Positions 22,990 to 35,616 of a stretch of DNA of 64,000 nt are shown in pieces (positions within the stretch are counted from its first letter, which is position 1; each line of letters begins with the position of its first letter). Location of the stretch: NCBI GenBank assembly GCA_013239625.1, contig MU057344.1, positions 1,924,276-1,988,275 on the forward strand, written 5' to 3'. The notes under the pieces are model-generated. The model was not told the DNA's origin, searched no databases, and worked only from the letters and a program-made list of their open reading frames with translations. The position numbers and the translations under genes were made by a program. Source of the DNA: Lama guanicoe (taxonomy: Eukaryota).

Positions 22990-23290
22990 TTGCAAAGTGG
23001 AAAATGTATCAGCTTGTCAGTCCAGGTGTAGAAAGGCTTTCAGGCATGGCTGGATCCAGGTATTCAAACAGCTGCCTCTCTCTGTCTCTTGCCCGGCTTT
23101 CCCCGTGGTGGCTTTGTTCTTCGGCAGCATCTCCTCTCGCGGTGCAGGGTACCAGGCTGCACCAGCATCGCCCTCCCTTTGGGGACCCCTCTTTGCCCAT
23201 AGTCCAGCATGCCTGCCTCTCACTGGTCTGCGTGTGTCATATGCCCATTGCTGAGCCATTGCTGTGCCTCTGGTGGCCTGGGTCTCCTGA
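22990..23290. mobile_element. MLT1J-like LTR fragment
   Basis: ggctttcaggcatggctggatccaggtattcaaac and ctcactggtctg...gtcatatgcccattgctgagcca are typical of MLT1J/K. Confidence 0.55.
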
Positions 23291-26200
23291 CACGGGGTCA
23301 GGATGAAGTGGGGTGGTGTGAGTGGCGTGGTACTGACTTATGTGGAAGAGGCCCCGAAGGGAGACTGAGCTGCTGTTTCAAGAGAAGGGAAACTGGATGG
23401 AGGATATGGGGGCAACTGAGGCCCTGCCTCCCGCCGGTCCTGCAGCGTCTCAGGTCCTGCCACGCTGAGCAATCCAGGAGGCAGGGCCGTGGTGCCCACC
23501 TGGGTGGGGGTGTGTTCCTGCCTCTCTAGCTGGCCACCTGTTTCCTGGCCCTGGTGCCCCAGGAGGTGGGTGGAGGGTGAGACACGTGGAAGGTGCGTAA
23601 GGACCCTGGCCCCAGGGAGGCCCATCGACACCTGCTGGCCCCAGCCCCCGCTGTGGTCACCTCCTTGGGACGGCCTCTGCAGGACCCCCGGGCTGCTTCG
23701 TCCTGCCCACAAGGCTTGCTGCCCAGGGCTCCCTCAGGTGGGGGCTTGTTGAGGGACCTTTGCTACGTGTGTGAGGGAAGCAGCGGGTCCTGCTGGGGCA
23801 CCTGGCTTTGGTGGCTCGTGGCTCCCAGATGGTGGCTGTGCTGGCCGCTGGCCTCCCCACCGCCCAGCATGACTGTCTCAGGGCGCCGGCTGAAGGCTGA
23901 TGCAGGGGCGCAGGAGGGAAGCAAAGCCGGGAACTCTGGAGGCTGGGGGGCTGCCCCCAGGCTGGAGCACCCTCTCCCCAAAGTCCCCCTTCCAGGAGTT
24001 GGAGCCCCTGCCCCCCGACCCGTCTGAGACACCTGGCGAGGCGTGGGGGCTGTGGGGCTGTGGTCGCGTGAACGAGCCAGGGTGAAGGGCGTGGGGGAGG
24101 AGGAGGGAGGGTCCCCGCGTCCTCTGCCAGCGTCCATTTCAGATGCTGCGCCCACCCAGGACCCGCTAGCCCTCATGGGACCAGGAGAAGACACCTGCTC
24201 GTGCAGTCGGCAGCCGGGGTGGGTGGGGTCTGGCGGGCAGCGAGCCCCCATCACATCCATGCCTCTGAGGAACCCCTCAGACTGGATCCCAGGAATCTGA
24301 CTGCCCGACCTGGGCCTCCTGCTCAGGAGACTGTCAGAGTGGAAACAGCTCACCTGTTAGATTCCCATTTCACAGGTGAGGAAATTGAGGCTGGGAAAGG
24401 GTGCATCTGGGCTGGGGCTGGGTTGTGCCGCCCTCTCCCTTCCGACCATCCGTGGTTGCCAGCTTCTCCCCAGGGGCCCAGGGGCCTGACCCCTCACCTG
24501 CCGGGTCCCCCTCCTGGACCTCAGGGACCTCCAGGACCCGGGTCTCAGCCTGACAGCAGAGAGGCTCCCACTTCAATGATACGCATGTGACTACAATTTC
24601 TCACCCGACGTCACGTTACCTCTTACGCTCTTTCATACACGTTGCATCATTGTTTTCCTCTCTAGCTTGGTCCAGTGTAATTTCAGCTGGCCTAGCTTCC
24701 TGTCTACTAAGGCTGTCTTCTGGTCTACCTAATTCACTGTTGCACCCATCCATTGAGCTCTTAACTTTACATGTTGTTCTAAAATATCTAGCATGTCTTC
24801 TTCACACCTTTTTTGGTACAGACTCCGGGGCTCTGGGGGGAGTTTCCAGTCTGGCTCCTATTTTCCCAAGCGTATCAAGCGTAGCTGTGCTGGCGCCGTG
24901 TCGGGTCACTTTGAACGGCCGAATGCAAAGTCGTCCTGCTCTTTTATTCACCGGGCTTTGGGTCACTTTTGTTCCCGCTGTCTCACAGTGACAGCGCCAC
25001 AGTACACATCCTGGCACCTGTTTAAAAAAATTAGCAGGGAAGCTCTTCGCTAGGAGTGCCTCGGGTCCCCACCTGGGTCCTGCTACCTTGGGGGGGCGGG
25101 CAGCCCCCACAGGCACTTCCCCGTCAGCCGAGGCTGTGGTTGGCCCGGCCCTCACGGTTCTTGTTCTGACGGCGGGACTCTGCGTTAGCCGCTTTGATAA
25201 GAAGGTTGTCACCCGCAGGTCCTGGAGGGCACAGGGCAGGCATGCCCCCGGCCACACAGGGAGGTCTCAGGAGAGAGTGGGCAGGGGACACCTGGGGCTC
25301 TGCCTTTGTCAGGGCCAGCGCAGGGGTACGGAGGGTTGGTGGTTCGCACTTTGTTCGTGATAAAACATGAGTGTGGAATTAAGCCATGGAAAGGAGAAGT
25401 GGGGTCACCCCGCGGCCCACTGTTTAGGGCACCCGGGGCTTTCTGGAAGGGGACCATGACGGGTGCGGCAGCAGGCTCTTTACTGAGCTGTGCCGCTGAC
25501 AAGGTGTTTGCTGGATGGAGTTGGGAGTCTTTGAAGTGGACGCCTCGGCCATTAAAAGCTTAATGTTCGGCAGTTACATAACAATCAAAAAGCAGGGTAT
25601 CCGGTACTCACCCGACCTCCCTCTGTGGGGGCTCCAGGGACGAACGACCCCAGAATGCAGGCTCTCTGGAGCAGAGGGCCCAGTTCCAGGTTCCTTTGGG
25701 GTGGGATGCCCTCCCCCGCAACCTGGGGAGGGTGCCTGGTGCTGAGTGTGTCCTCCAGCTAGGGGGAGGACCCCCTCTCACCAGCCTTGGGGTACCGAGG
25801 ATGGGGCCTCCCACCTCTGCAGACAAGAGGGCCAGCTCTGTCAGGCAGAGCCATGCCTCTTAGTAAAAGTCTTGCATGAGATACGTGTAGAAAACTCAGT
25901 TCGCAGAGGCTGGGATGCCCTGGATCAACCCTGGCCCTTGGAGGGTGAAGGGTGAGGGGGCGGGGAGCCAAGTCCCCTCCACCTGCCTCATCCTGACCCC
26001 TGTCTGGCCCCGTCGTCGTGGGAGCAGCGACTGGTCTGGGGCCCCGCACAGAGCCCGGCAGGGAGCATGGCCCTCACCCTCACGCAGCCCAGAGGCAAAG
26101 GCGAGGCTCAGAGATGCAGCGAGCAGCTGCAGAACTCCCCACCTAGCTGCCTCGCAGAGGGGCCTGGGGCAGGGGCTGGAGCCCAGGGTGCAGGCAGGGA

Positions 26201-29200
26201 GCCCCGCAGTGCTGAACCCGGCGGTATTGTTTTAAAGTCCAGTCCAGGAGCCGGGAGGACCTGCCCCTCTGGCCAGAACGCAGCCCCAGTGGATCCTGTG
26301 CTGCTGAGTGCGTCGACCTGGTGATGCCAGCAGGCCAGGGAAAGGCTGGGGCCCTGGTAGGCCAGGCCTCGGGCAAGAAAGCCACGACTGCAGAGTCAAA
26401 TGCTCTCACTCCCGGCCAGCCCTGTAGTCGTGACCCAGGGCTCTGGTGTGAAGGCTTGCACACGCATGCACACACACACGCGCGCGCACACACACGGGCC
26501 CCATGCGGCTTGCACTGGCCGCTGTCCTCTGTCGAAAGGCACTCCGGGTCACCCCAGCGCCGGATCGCGGGGCTCATCCAGTGGAAGGGTGGGGCTTAGG
26601 CAAGCACAGTCCTCGCGTCAGGGGACACCAGTCCTCCAGGGTGGCACCTACCATGGTCTGAGGGCCTTGGGTGTCCACCCCCGCGTATGCGCTGGTGACC
26701 TAGCAGGCACTCTCCCGCCTGACCTGCAGGTTCTCCAAGCAGCGCCCCTGGCTGGAGCCAGAAGACAGGCCACTGGGGACCCATGGGCTGCCCTTAGCCA
26801 CGGCTTCAGTGGCTGGTGAGGACAGCCAGAGTGGGCGGGGCCCCGCCTGAAGAGCCAGTCTGGCCCAGGTTCTGGTGCCCCACACTTCTGAACCTCAGTG
26901 CCCTTGCTTGTGAAGCTGGGGTGACAGGCTGTGCGGGGCTCCAGCAGAGGCACTGCCAGCCCCATGGGGAGGGCCAGTGGTCAGAGTTGAGCCAGCCTCC
27001 TGCCTCGCTGGGCAGTGGAGGAAACTGTTGGGCAGTTAAAGGAGATAGGCCCCCATGGGAGCAGCTGGCCCCTCAGCTTTGGAAGCGTCCCAGAACACAG
27101 ATTCTTGGGGGCACGTGAGCTCTCTGAGGTCATTGCCACCAGGGTCCAGGGCACCATGTGGTTGAGATGGCATAGAGGGTGAGGGAGCTCAGAGTTCACA
27201 TCCCACTTCTGCCCTTTCTGTGCTGGGCAGCGCTTAGAGAGTTATATGACCTTCTGGTCCGTAGTTTCCCTGTCTGTGAAATGGGCTAGTGAGAGGATCT
27301 AAGTCATCCAGCATTTTGAGGACTACAGGTGATTCCCAGCCTACAAGAGTGCAGGTCCAATGCCAGATATGCTGCTGAGGGCAGGGGCAAAGCTCTGAGT
27401 TTAAGAAAGCTGTTCCCTCTGGGAGCCAGAACAGTGGAGCCAAGGTGGGCCTGGGAGCAGCCACCTCCAGGCCCAGTGCCAAGGGGGGCCTGGCCCCCCG
27501 CCCACCACGGGCTCCCTTTGGTGGAGCTGTTGCCCTAGTTGGTGGCCTTCGCTTCTAGCCGTCTCTGCAGACCCCAGGCGGTCACCCACACACAAGGACC
27601 TACAAACTAGGAGAGGAGAGAGGGGAAAAGCCTGTCGGTCCCTGGCCTCCCGTGGACTTGCGAGGAGGGCTGCCCAGAGGTCATAGGGAGGAAGGTGACC
27701 CCTGGGCCCGGGCCGGGTGCTGTGACAAGGGGGAGCTAGTGGGGTCTTCCCTGGCCCTGGAGGGCCCCACAATCTGAGAGGAGCACGGACAGGCTAAAGA
27801 CCCCCAGGGCGAGCGCTCATGGGATCCGGAGCAGCGGCTGGCTTTGGGCCGTCCTGGCCGTCCGATTCTCAGCATTCCTGGGATGAGAGGAGGCAGGGCT
27901 CTAGGAGGGGCCACCTCCGGGCTGTGACAGTGCAGTGCGTGTGGCAAAGGGAGACAGAGGGAAGGGCCGGCAGGTGCCCAGTTGAGGCTGGCCGGCTCTC
28001 CTCCCCTGCCCGCCCCTCCCCTCTCCCCCCTGCAGCGCCTGTGTGGCCTGCCCATCCATCCTCCAAGAGCCTGAGAGCCAGGCCTGGCTCCTCAACACTG
28101 TCCCCTCCCTCCCTGCACCTCTTCCCGCCTCTCCTGGCGCCTGTCTCTGGTGACAGCTGTTGTGGGCAGGTGGGTCGTATGGAGGGGTTGGGGGCTGCAG
28201 CCGCAGGGGTGGCAGGTGGGGCTGATTCACCGCGGAGCCCCACGGCCCCTCCTCAGGTGCCCGTGGCGAGCTGGGCAGCAGGACAGACACCAGAGTTAGA
28301 AGCTGCAGACCCCAGAGGTCACCCAAGACAGGCCTTCCTGGCCTGGGAGAGTGGAGGGCACAGCCTAGTACTAGACTCCCTGGAGCAGGACTTGTCAGGA
28401 AACTGAGCCAGGCTCCGGGAGGGGGCAGGGGGCAGATGAGGGGAAAGGACAGCCCCTCCCGCCGCAGAGAGGCTTCAGCCCTGCGGAAGGGTGGACTTGG
28501 AGCTCAGAGCCTCCCTTAGCCGGGCTTGGGTGGGAAGACCCTCTGGGTGCACAGAGCTGGGGCCCAGCCAGCCGCCAGGGCCCAGCGCCTCCTCAGGGCC
28601 AGGACAGAGCCACCTGCCTGTGCGTGGTCTGGAGGAGCTGTGAGGAGTTTGCCCCTGAGCTGGCCCGTCGCCCGTGCCCTTCTGGTGAATCACCCCTTCC
28701 TGTGCAGGTGCGCCGTGCAAGAGAATGTCCCACCCTGCCCGCTGCCCTGAGTCCTACAGAAGTGGTCGGGGTGGGGGGCCCCTGGTGAGTTAAATTCATA
28801 AGAGCAGATTCCGAGGACCCGGTGGGCTGAGCTTGGGGGCCAGGACTGGCAGCTCCCTGGTCCCTGTCCCCTAGATGGCCAGGATTTTGGGTAAATGCAC
28901 AGGAAGTAGGTGATGCTCTGGGGGAGATGCCAGAGCTCCGCACTTTGAGAGCGGGAAACAGGCTCGTATTCGTGCTGAGAATCCCAGTGTGGCCCAGGCT
29001 TGTGCTCTGGGGACAGGGACGATTCTGTCCTCCTTGGCTATGTGGGTGGGGTGGGGTCCCTCTGCCCTGAACTCTCTGCCTTCAGTGCCTCCAGTAGGGC
29101 TCGAGAGAGGAGGCCTTCCCAGCTTGACCCTGCCTCCCTCTGGGCAGCCTGCGGTCCTGGGCCCCGGCTTGTGCCCTGCAGGCCGGAGCCCCTCGGAGCC

Positions 29201-29259
29201 CTGGCCTCCTCTGCCCCGGCTCTCTGCCTGACTGCTCACACTCCTGGTGTCTGAGTCAG

Positions 29260-29625
29260 CTGTGCTGTGTGATCACTACCATTGCAGGGGCTTAAACCAA
29301 CGTCTGTTTATTATCTCATAGTTTCTGTGGGTCTGGACTCCTGCATGTCCCCATGGGGCCCCTGCTCAGGACTCCTCTCTTCTCTGAGGCCCGGGACCTC
29401 TTCCAGGCTCTGGTTGTTGGCAGAAATCAGTTCCTTGCAGGCTGTTGACTGAGGGCCACTGTTCTGAGCTCCTAGAGGCCGCCTGCCACCCCCTGCCACG
29501 TGGCCCCTCCCAGCCTGGCAGTTTGCTCCTGAGGCCGTCAGGGGGACGTCCTCCCTGACCGCGTGGAAGGGCTCACCTGATTAGGTCAGGCCCACTCAAG
29601 TAACTTCCCTTTTGATCAGCTCAAA
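29260..29625 (-). mobile_element. MLT1E-like LTR fragment
   Basis: ggcttaaaccaac...tttattatctcatagtttctgtgggtc...ggttgttggcagaaatcagttccttgc...aagggctcacctgattaggtcaggcccac. Confidence 0.7.
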
Positions 29626-31001
29626 TTTTGCCCAGTGCTCCGCGGTGGGGGTGGGGGCTCGACGCCAGGCCCTCTGTCTCCTCTCCGACCTGGCTCGTCC
29701 CACCGTCCAGCCGCCTGCCCAGGCCACGAGCCTCCCCTGCACCCAGCCCTCTGGAGCGGCTGTAGCAGCGTCCACAGAACCTCACTGATGGACAAGCCCC
29801 CCTCCCCGGGCAGCGTGGGATGCTCCCGCCCTCCGGCCGGTGGGCACCCTGAGCAAGGAATGCTCTCGGCTGCTGCCCCCGGCCAGCATGTCCCACCTGG
29901 GCCTTGCTGCGGCCCCCTGGACTGAACCTCATTCTGCCCACAAACCTCTTTTTCCCTCGATTGTCTCACTGTGAGTGAGGGACACCTGTGCGTGGGTGCT
30001 GACGGGTGCCACACGGAGTCATGAGGGTCCAGGCCAGTTCTGCTGAGGCCCGCCAGAGCCTGAGCGGGGGGCTCCGGCCCCGCCCTCGGGCACACGGCCC
30101 CTCCTGGGCTCTCCCTTCCCTCAGCTGGAGGCGCTGGGGGCCCGGACGCGTCGGCGGGCTCCTCGGCTGGACCGCGGGCCAGGCCCCCCGCCCCCGCCTA
30201 ACCGTCTGCTCCCAGCTCTCTGGACGCGGTGAGAACAGGCCGGGGGACAAGGGTCTTCCCAGCACCTCGCGAGTTTTGGCCGCAGAAGCAGCCGTGCTTC
30301 GGGGCTTAGGGACTCACACCCACTGTCACGTGTGGGTCGCCGTGCCTGCTTCCAGGGCGGACTCGGCTCCTAGCCAGCACAGCTTTGGGCCGAAGATGGT
30401 TAAGTGAGAATGGACGGTTCCTCTGGAGAGGGAGAGGCGGTGACCACGGCGAGGCGGGCCCCTGTCGCGGTGCCCCTGGCATGTGGTGGACGGGGTCCCA
30501 GCGGTCCTCCTTCTGGGCCACATCCCGCTTTCTGGTGGCTTGGCAGCAGCAGGGATAAGTCTGGCGGTGGCCTGGGCGGAGTCTGGGGCGTGGGCTCTGG
30601 GCTGCTGTGGGCCACGCCCAGCTGCTCACTCCGTTGCCAGGCTCCCTGTGGGGTCCCACGGGGCACAGTCTCCCCGAGGGCCTCTCTTCTCTGCTCAGCC
30701 CTTTGGGGTGGCCCCGGTAGACCACCACCTTCTATGGGCAGGACTGAGATTCGCTCCGCCCTGTGCCCCGGGGCCGTGGCACCATCTCTTTCCTTTGGGG
30801 TGGCCTGGCCTTGCCTCCCAAGGTCTCGAGGGTCCAGGCTGGCCCCATCGTGCTCAGGGGTGGAGGCCTGAGACCCCCCAGGGCCTCCCGGGGGCAGCAT
30901 CTCAGAAGGACCCGGGTGCAGCTTCATTACAGAGCCGGCCAGCAGCCCCGCGTGCCACCCCCTCCCCAGGCAGCCTCCTTGGTGCGGTCCAGCACATCAG
31001 T

Positions 31002-31021
31002 GGGCAAGCTGAGGCCTGCCC
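31002..31021 (+). promoter_or_regulatory. p53/TAp73 response element of the TP73 P2 (deltaN) promoter
   Basis: GGGCAAGCTG-AGGCCTGCCC: two RRRCWWGYYY half-sites with one mismatch each and no spacer, just upstream of TATA-like AATAAA (31047-31052). Consistent with the known p53/TAp73-to-deltaNp73 feedback element. Confidence 0.85.
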
Positions 31022-31311
31022 TGGACTTTGGTGAATAGTCATGAGGAATAAAGGGGTGGGCCGCCGGTTTTGTTGTTAGATGCAGCTAGTTGACAGGACT
31101 AAGGGAGATGGGGAAAGCAAGGATGCCCGCGGCCAGCCCACATGTTCCCGAGCATCCTTCGCTCCTGCCCCTGTAGCCACGGAGACTCTCTGCCTGGGTC
31201 CACCCTGCTGGGCAGCCGCACCCCTGCCCCTGGCCCCCAGGCCACCCACACCCATGCCTCGCCCCGCAGCACGCCAGCTCCCCGGCGTGTGCGGACCCCT
31301 GCGTGCCCACC

Positions 31312-31350
31312 ATGCTGTACGTCAGTGACCCCGTGCAGCGCTTCGCCTCG
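31312..31350 (+). CDS. TP73: TP73 exon 3' coding part (deltaNp73 N-terminus); exon starts near 31078
   Basis: cccaccATG gives MLYVSDPVQRFAS (13 aa; cf. human MLYVGDPARHLAT). Donor TCG|GTAGGT in phase 0 is compatible with exon 4. Confidence 0.93.
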
Positions 31351-34069
31351 GTAGGTGCGCTTGTGTGTCCTTCCGCCCATGGGGGATCTGTCTCCATCCC
31401 TCTCGGGGGCTTGCTGGGGCTTTCGCTGTGGTCGAGGTTTCAGGGGGCATTCTCTTGTCTGTCCCCCGGGTTCGGGCACCCGCTGCCAGCTGGGGTGAGC
31501 AGTGGCAGGTGAGAGAGGTACCGAGGGGCTGGGGCGGGTCCTGGGCACAGAGGCGGGCAGGTGTCTGCCCATCCTGGAGCTCTGGGGACCAGCGCCTGCT
31601 GGCTGGGCAGGAGCGACAGCCTGGGAGAGGAGGGTGGGTGGGGTCCCGTCAGCTGGTGGCCCTGCCTTGAGGCGGGGCTGGGGGGTTCCGCGGCCCGGCT
31701 GCCCGCCTGCCGCGCCCTGCCCCCGGCTGTAGGAGCTCAGCCTGCCCGGGGGGTCATATTTACTCCCAGGGTTCGGGTTGGCTGGGAGGCTGCCGCCACC
31801 TGCTCCCAGGACAAGCGCACCCTCACCTGGGAGCCTGCTCGTTTGGCCGCGGTGGCAGGAGCGCTTCGCACTGGCCGAGTGCTGGCTCTGTGTGGGTCTG
31901 AGCTCCAGGTCCAGGGCTCGCCGCAGGCTGGCCTCGGGGTGTCTTGTTGCCCCTCACGTGGGCAGCCGGCCAGACGGAGGGAAGGAAGGGGCTGCAGCTT
32001 GTGCCTGGCCCTGTGGCTTGAGCCCTGGGGACCTGGACTCATTTCCAGATGTGCTGGGTCCCCAGGGCCAGGCGGGCACCAGGCTGCTAATTGAGCAGGT
32101 CAGGTGGGGCGCACGCAGCTGCTCCACGTGGGGCCTTTTCCCTGCCAGGGAGGCGGATGGAGCGGGTGCCGTCGGTACCTCGTGCCCTGCTGAAGACTCA
32201 GCGGCGGGCGGAGGGATGGGATGGACAGTTGGACAGAGTTCAGATGTCCCCAAGCTCTGCAGGCAGCAGACAGGAGCCGTGTGTGCCGTGCCGCACACCT
32301 GCGGGCTCTCTGCAGTGTGCGTGCACGGGTGTGTTTGGGCGTGAGCACACTCGAGTGTGTCTGTGTGAGTGCATCTGAATGTGTGAGTGGCTCTGTGTGT
32401 GTGCACGTGCTGTTGTGCACTCTGTGTGTCAGGACAGGTACGTGTGCTTGTGCCTCAGGTGTGTGTCCCCAGGCAAGGCCATAGGAAGAGTGACAGTGTG
32501 TGTGTGGCCCAGGGGAGGTGAGGGGTGTGATGACCCTTCTTCACGGCCCAACCCGGGCGCTGGCTTCGTGCACTCTGGAATCTCCCGGCATCTCCACACC
32601 CCGGGCGTGACCTTTTTATCTGAAACCCAGCCCTGGGAAAGCGTGCAGCCGGGTGTGGACTGCAGCTGGAGTCCCGTCTCTCCCCCCTGTCACTTCTCCT
32701 TTACTGATCCATTTACCCACCACTGCCTGTCACCAGGCTCACCTGCAGGCCAGGGGCTCCGTGTGTGGAGGCGGAGGGGCTGTCCCCCGCCACCTGGGTG
32801 TCTGTTGTCACACATGGAACCCAAGGCAGAGCCACAAGCCTGGGCCCTGCAGGGGAAGCCCTGGGGACACAGAGGACTCTGGTACAAGCTTCTCTTCAGT
32901 GAAGTAGGTGTGACAGTGAGTCGCCTTTCGGTGAGTGGGGAGGGAGCGGTGACTGGGGGCACAGGCCCCCTGCTCCGGGCCATGGGGCATCGCCTGCCTG
33001 CAGGAGCCGTGGGCGCAGGGAGCCGCTGGCATGCACCCTGCTGCGGCCGCCCTGCCCTGGGACCAGCAGTGGCCAGCCCCATCAGCACCCGGCTTCCCTG
33101 TGCACCGCGGATAACCTGGCCAGTTCATCCGCTGGCTCCATCAGCAGGTGTCTAGAGCAGCCTGCTGGTGGTGGAGGCTGCCGGAGCCTCTTCCCCGGCC
33201 TGGTGGGCTGGGCGGGGTCTTGCTGACTGTGCAAGCGCCTCCGTTTCTGTTCCAGAGGGAGCGTACTTGTAACGTCGCCACAGCGTGCAGGTGTCACGAG
33301 AGGAGAGAGGAAGTGGTCTGAACAAACAGGATGAACTGAGATCATGCGGCGCCTCTGCGGTTGTCTGGGGCCCGCTGGGCCGGGAGGGCAACGCAGAGCT
33401 GCGGGCTGCTGTCGGGGGCCCCGCTGGGTTTCCTGGGAGACCCACCTTCCTGAGCCCCGGTTCTGGTGTGAGCAGGAGGCCGCCTCCCGCACCGGCCTCG
33501 GGTCTGACGCTCTCTCTCCGCGGTTCCCGCGGTCCCCGGTCAGGGCTGGGCCATCGCCTGCTCCGACTCTGCGGCTCCCAGCTCCTGGGCCCCTTCAGCT
33601 GGTGCTGGGGCGGGCTTGGTGCTGGGTCCAAGCAGCTTCTCCCACCTACGAGCACCAGCTGCTCACGGAGCAGGATGGAACCGAGGGCCTGCCCTGGGGG
33701 ACCCTTCTCAGAAGGGACGAGCGCTGGGACCGCCCGGACTCTCCAACTTTTCCTGTCCTCTGCTCTTTCGGGTGGGTGTCAGGGACCCCACCTAGGCTCC
33801 TCCCAGGCTCGCTGTTTCACTGAGTATCGACTTTACAGTCTCAAGACAGGAGAAGGGCATGTTCGGACGCCCCTGGCTCCCCCCGCCCCCGTGCCTGCCT
33901 GCGCTGGCGGCCCAGGTCCGTCTGGGCTGCAAGGCCCTCGCAGGTTGGATCACGGGTGACGGGGCCTGGCCCCTGCCACTGTCCCTGTGTGCTGTGTGCT
34001 GGAGCAGGGCTGCACCCGTTCCTACAGACATGAGGGGTGGCCTCCGGGCAGGAGCAGCCCCAGGCAGGA

Positions 34070-34700
34070 GCAGCCAATCATGTGTCAGGAAATACTTGCT
34101 GAGCACCTGCTGCATACGAGGCACAGGGAGGGAGGAGGGCGGGGTCCCTCCTGAGCTCCTGGAGCAGTCGGTCCTGCAGTGCTGCGAGCAGGCCACCTGG
34201 GGGCAGGGCGAGGCCGGGAGCTGGCGGGAGGCTGGGGTGGAGCAGGGTGCAGGCCCTGGGACCAGTGGGAATGGGCACTGGGGTTCTGGTTGGGATCTGC
34301 TGCTGAGCTGAGGCTTGGACCTGAGTGACCGGGGAAAGGGAGTCAGCATTTATTCCGATGGGAAACTTCAGAGGGGGATTCGGGGTGAAAGGTAAGCGTT
34401 CTTCTGTGACAGTCTAGTGTGCGAGAGGCTCCTCAGGTGAGGAGGGGAGCAGCCAGATGGGGAGGGGGAGGGGTGGAGGAGGGGGAATTGCGGAAGCCAC
34501 GGGAGGGAGGGAAGGAGGGGACGTCCAGTGGGGCTGAGGTCAGGCTGGGAGCATCTGGGAGGTGGTGGGAGGTGGTCAGATGAGGGGGAAGTTCGGAGAT
34601 GACCTTCAGAATAAGGGCAGGAGAGGAGTGGAGGACAGTGTCCAGGGTTCCGAGCCTCGCAGTTGGGAGGGCGGTTGGAGTCTGGGCCACGTTGGCTGGA
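34070..34700 (-). mobile_element. Degenerate L2 fragment(s)
   Basis: aaatacttgctgagcacctgctgcatacgaggcacagg resembles the reverse L2 3' end, followed by purine-rich L2-like sequence. Boundaries uncertain. Confidence 0.4.
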
Positions 34701-35554
34701 GCACCGCTTGGGCACTTTGGGGCAGGTGTCCCGCGTGCCAGAATGTGGGTGGAGGTGACCACTGGGGCGTCCGCCAAGGAGACCAGAGGGCCTGGGAATC
34801 CAGGAAAGGGTGTGCTGGTGGGGGGCATGCTGCTGAGAGCAGGGTGGGGGGCAGCGAGGATGGAAGAGGATCCTGCCTCTGTGGACCCCGCGGGAGGCGT
34901 GTCTGTGGCTGGGAGAGGACAGAGCTGGACTGAGAGTGGGGGCTGGGGCTGGGGCAGCAGCCACAAGGCGCACTCCCCACCGGTGCTGCTCTCGGGGTGC
35001 GGGAGGGACTGGTTGTCGGGAAGGAGATACCGGAGCCTGATTCAGGGGGACAGAGAGGTCAGCCCATCAGCCAGGCCACCCCGCTCAGGCTCCTGACCCT
35101 CCACCAGGTTCTAGTCTGTCCCCGCAGCAGCTCTCACGCCACCGCCACGTTGCCTGTCCCATCTCAGCTGGTGGAAAAACGCACCCTCCCTTCGCTCAGC
35201 CGGAGCCACCCCAGCCCCTTCCTACAACACCCAGCACCCCGCTTATTAGGAGCCCGTTCCCTTGGCTTGACCTCCGGACTCCACCGCTCCAGCCCCGCGC
35301 TCTCCCACACGCCCCAGTCCCTTCTCCGCTCAGTCCCCGCGGGCTCCCATGGAGAGGGTGCTTCACCTCTGCCCCGGGTCCTGCACTTGGCCCTGAAGCC
35401 TGGTCTTCTGCCCGCAGGCCCTCTGCCCCCTGGTTTGGGTCTGGACCTCCCCTCGGCCCCGCCCAGAACCTGCAGCCAGTGGCATCTCTCTCCTCCGGCC
35501 TTGAGAATCGGCGGGTCTCGGCACCCCCGCCCCTCCCCCGCCCCCCCCCCCCCC

Positions 35555-35616
35555 NNNNNNNNNNNNNNNNNNNNNNNNNNNNNNNNNNNNNNNNNNNNNN
35601 NNNNNNNNNNNNNNNN
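35555..35616. other. Assembly gap (62 N) after a poly-C run
   Basis: N run seen directly. Confidence 0.99.
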
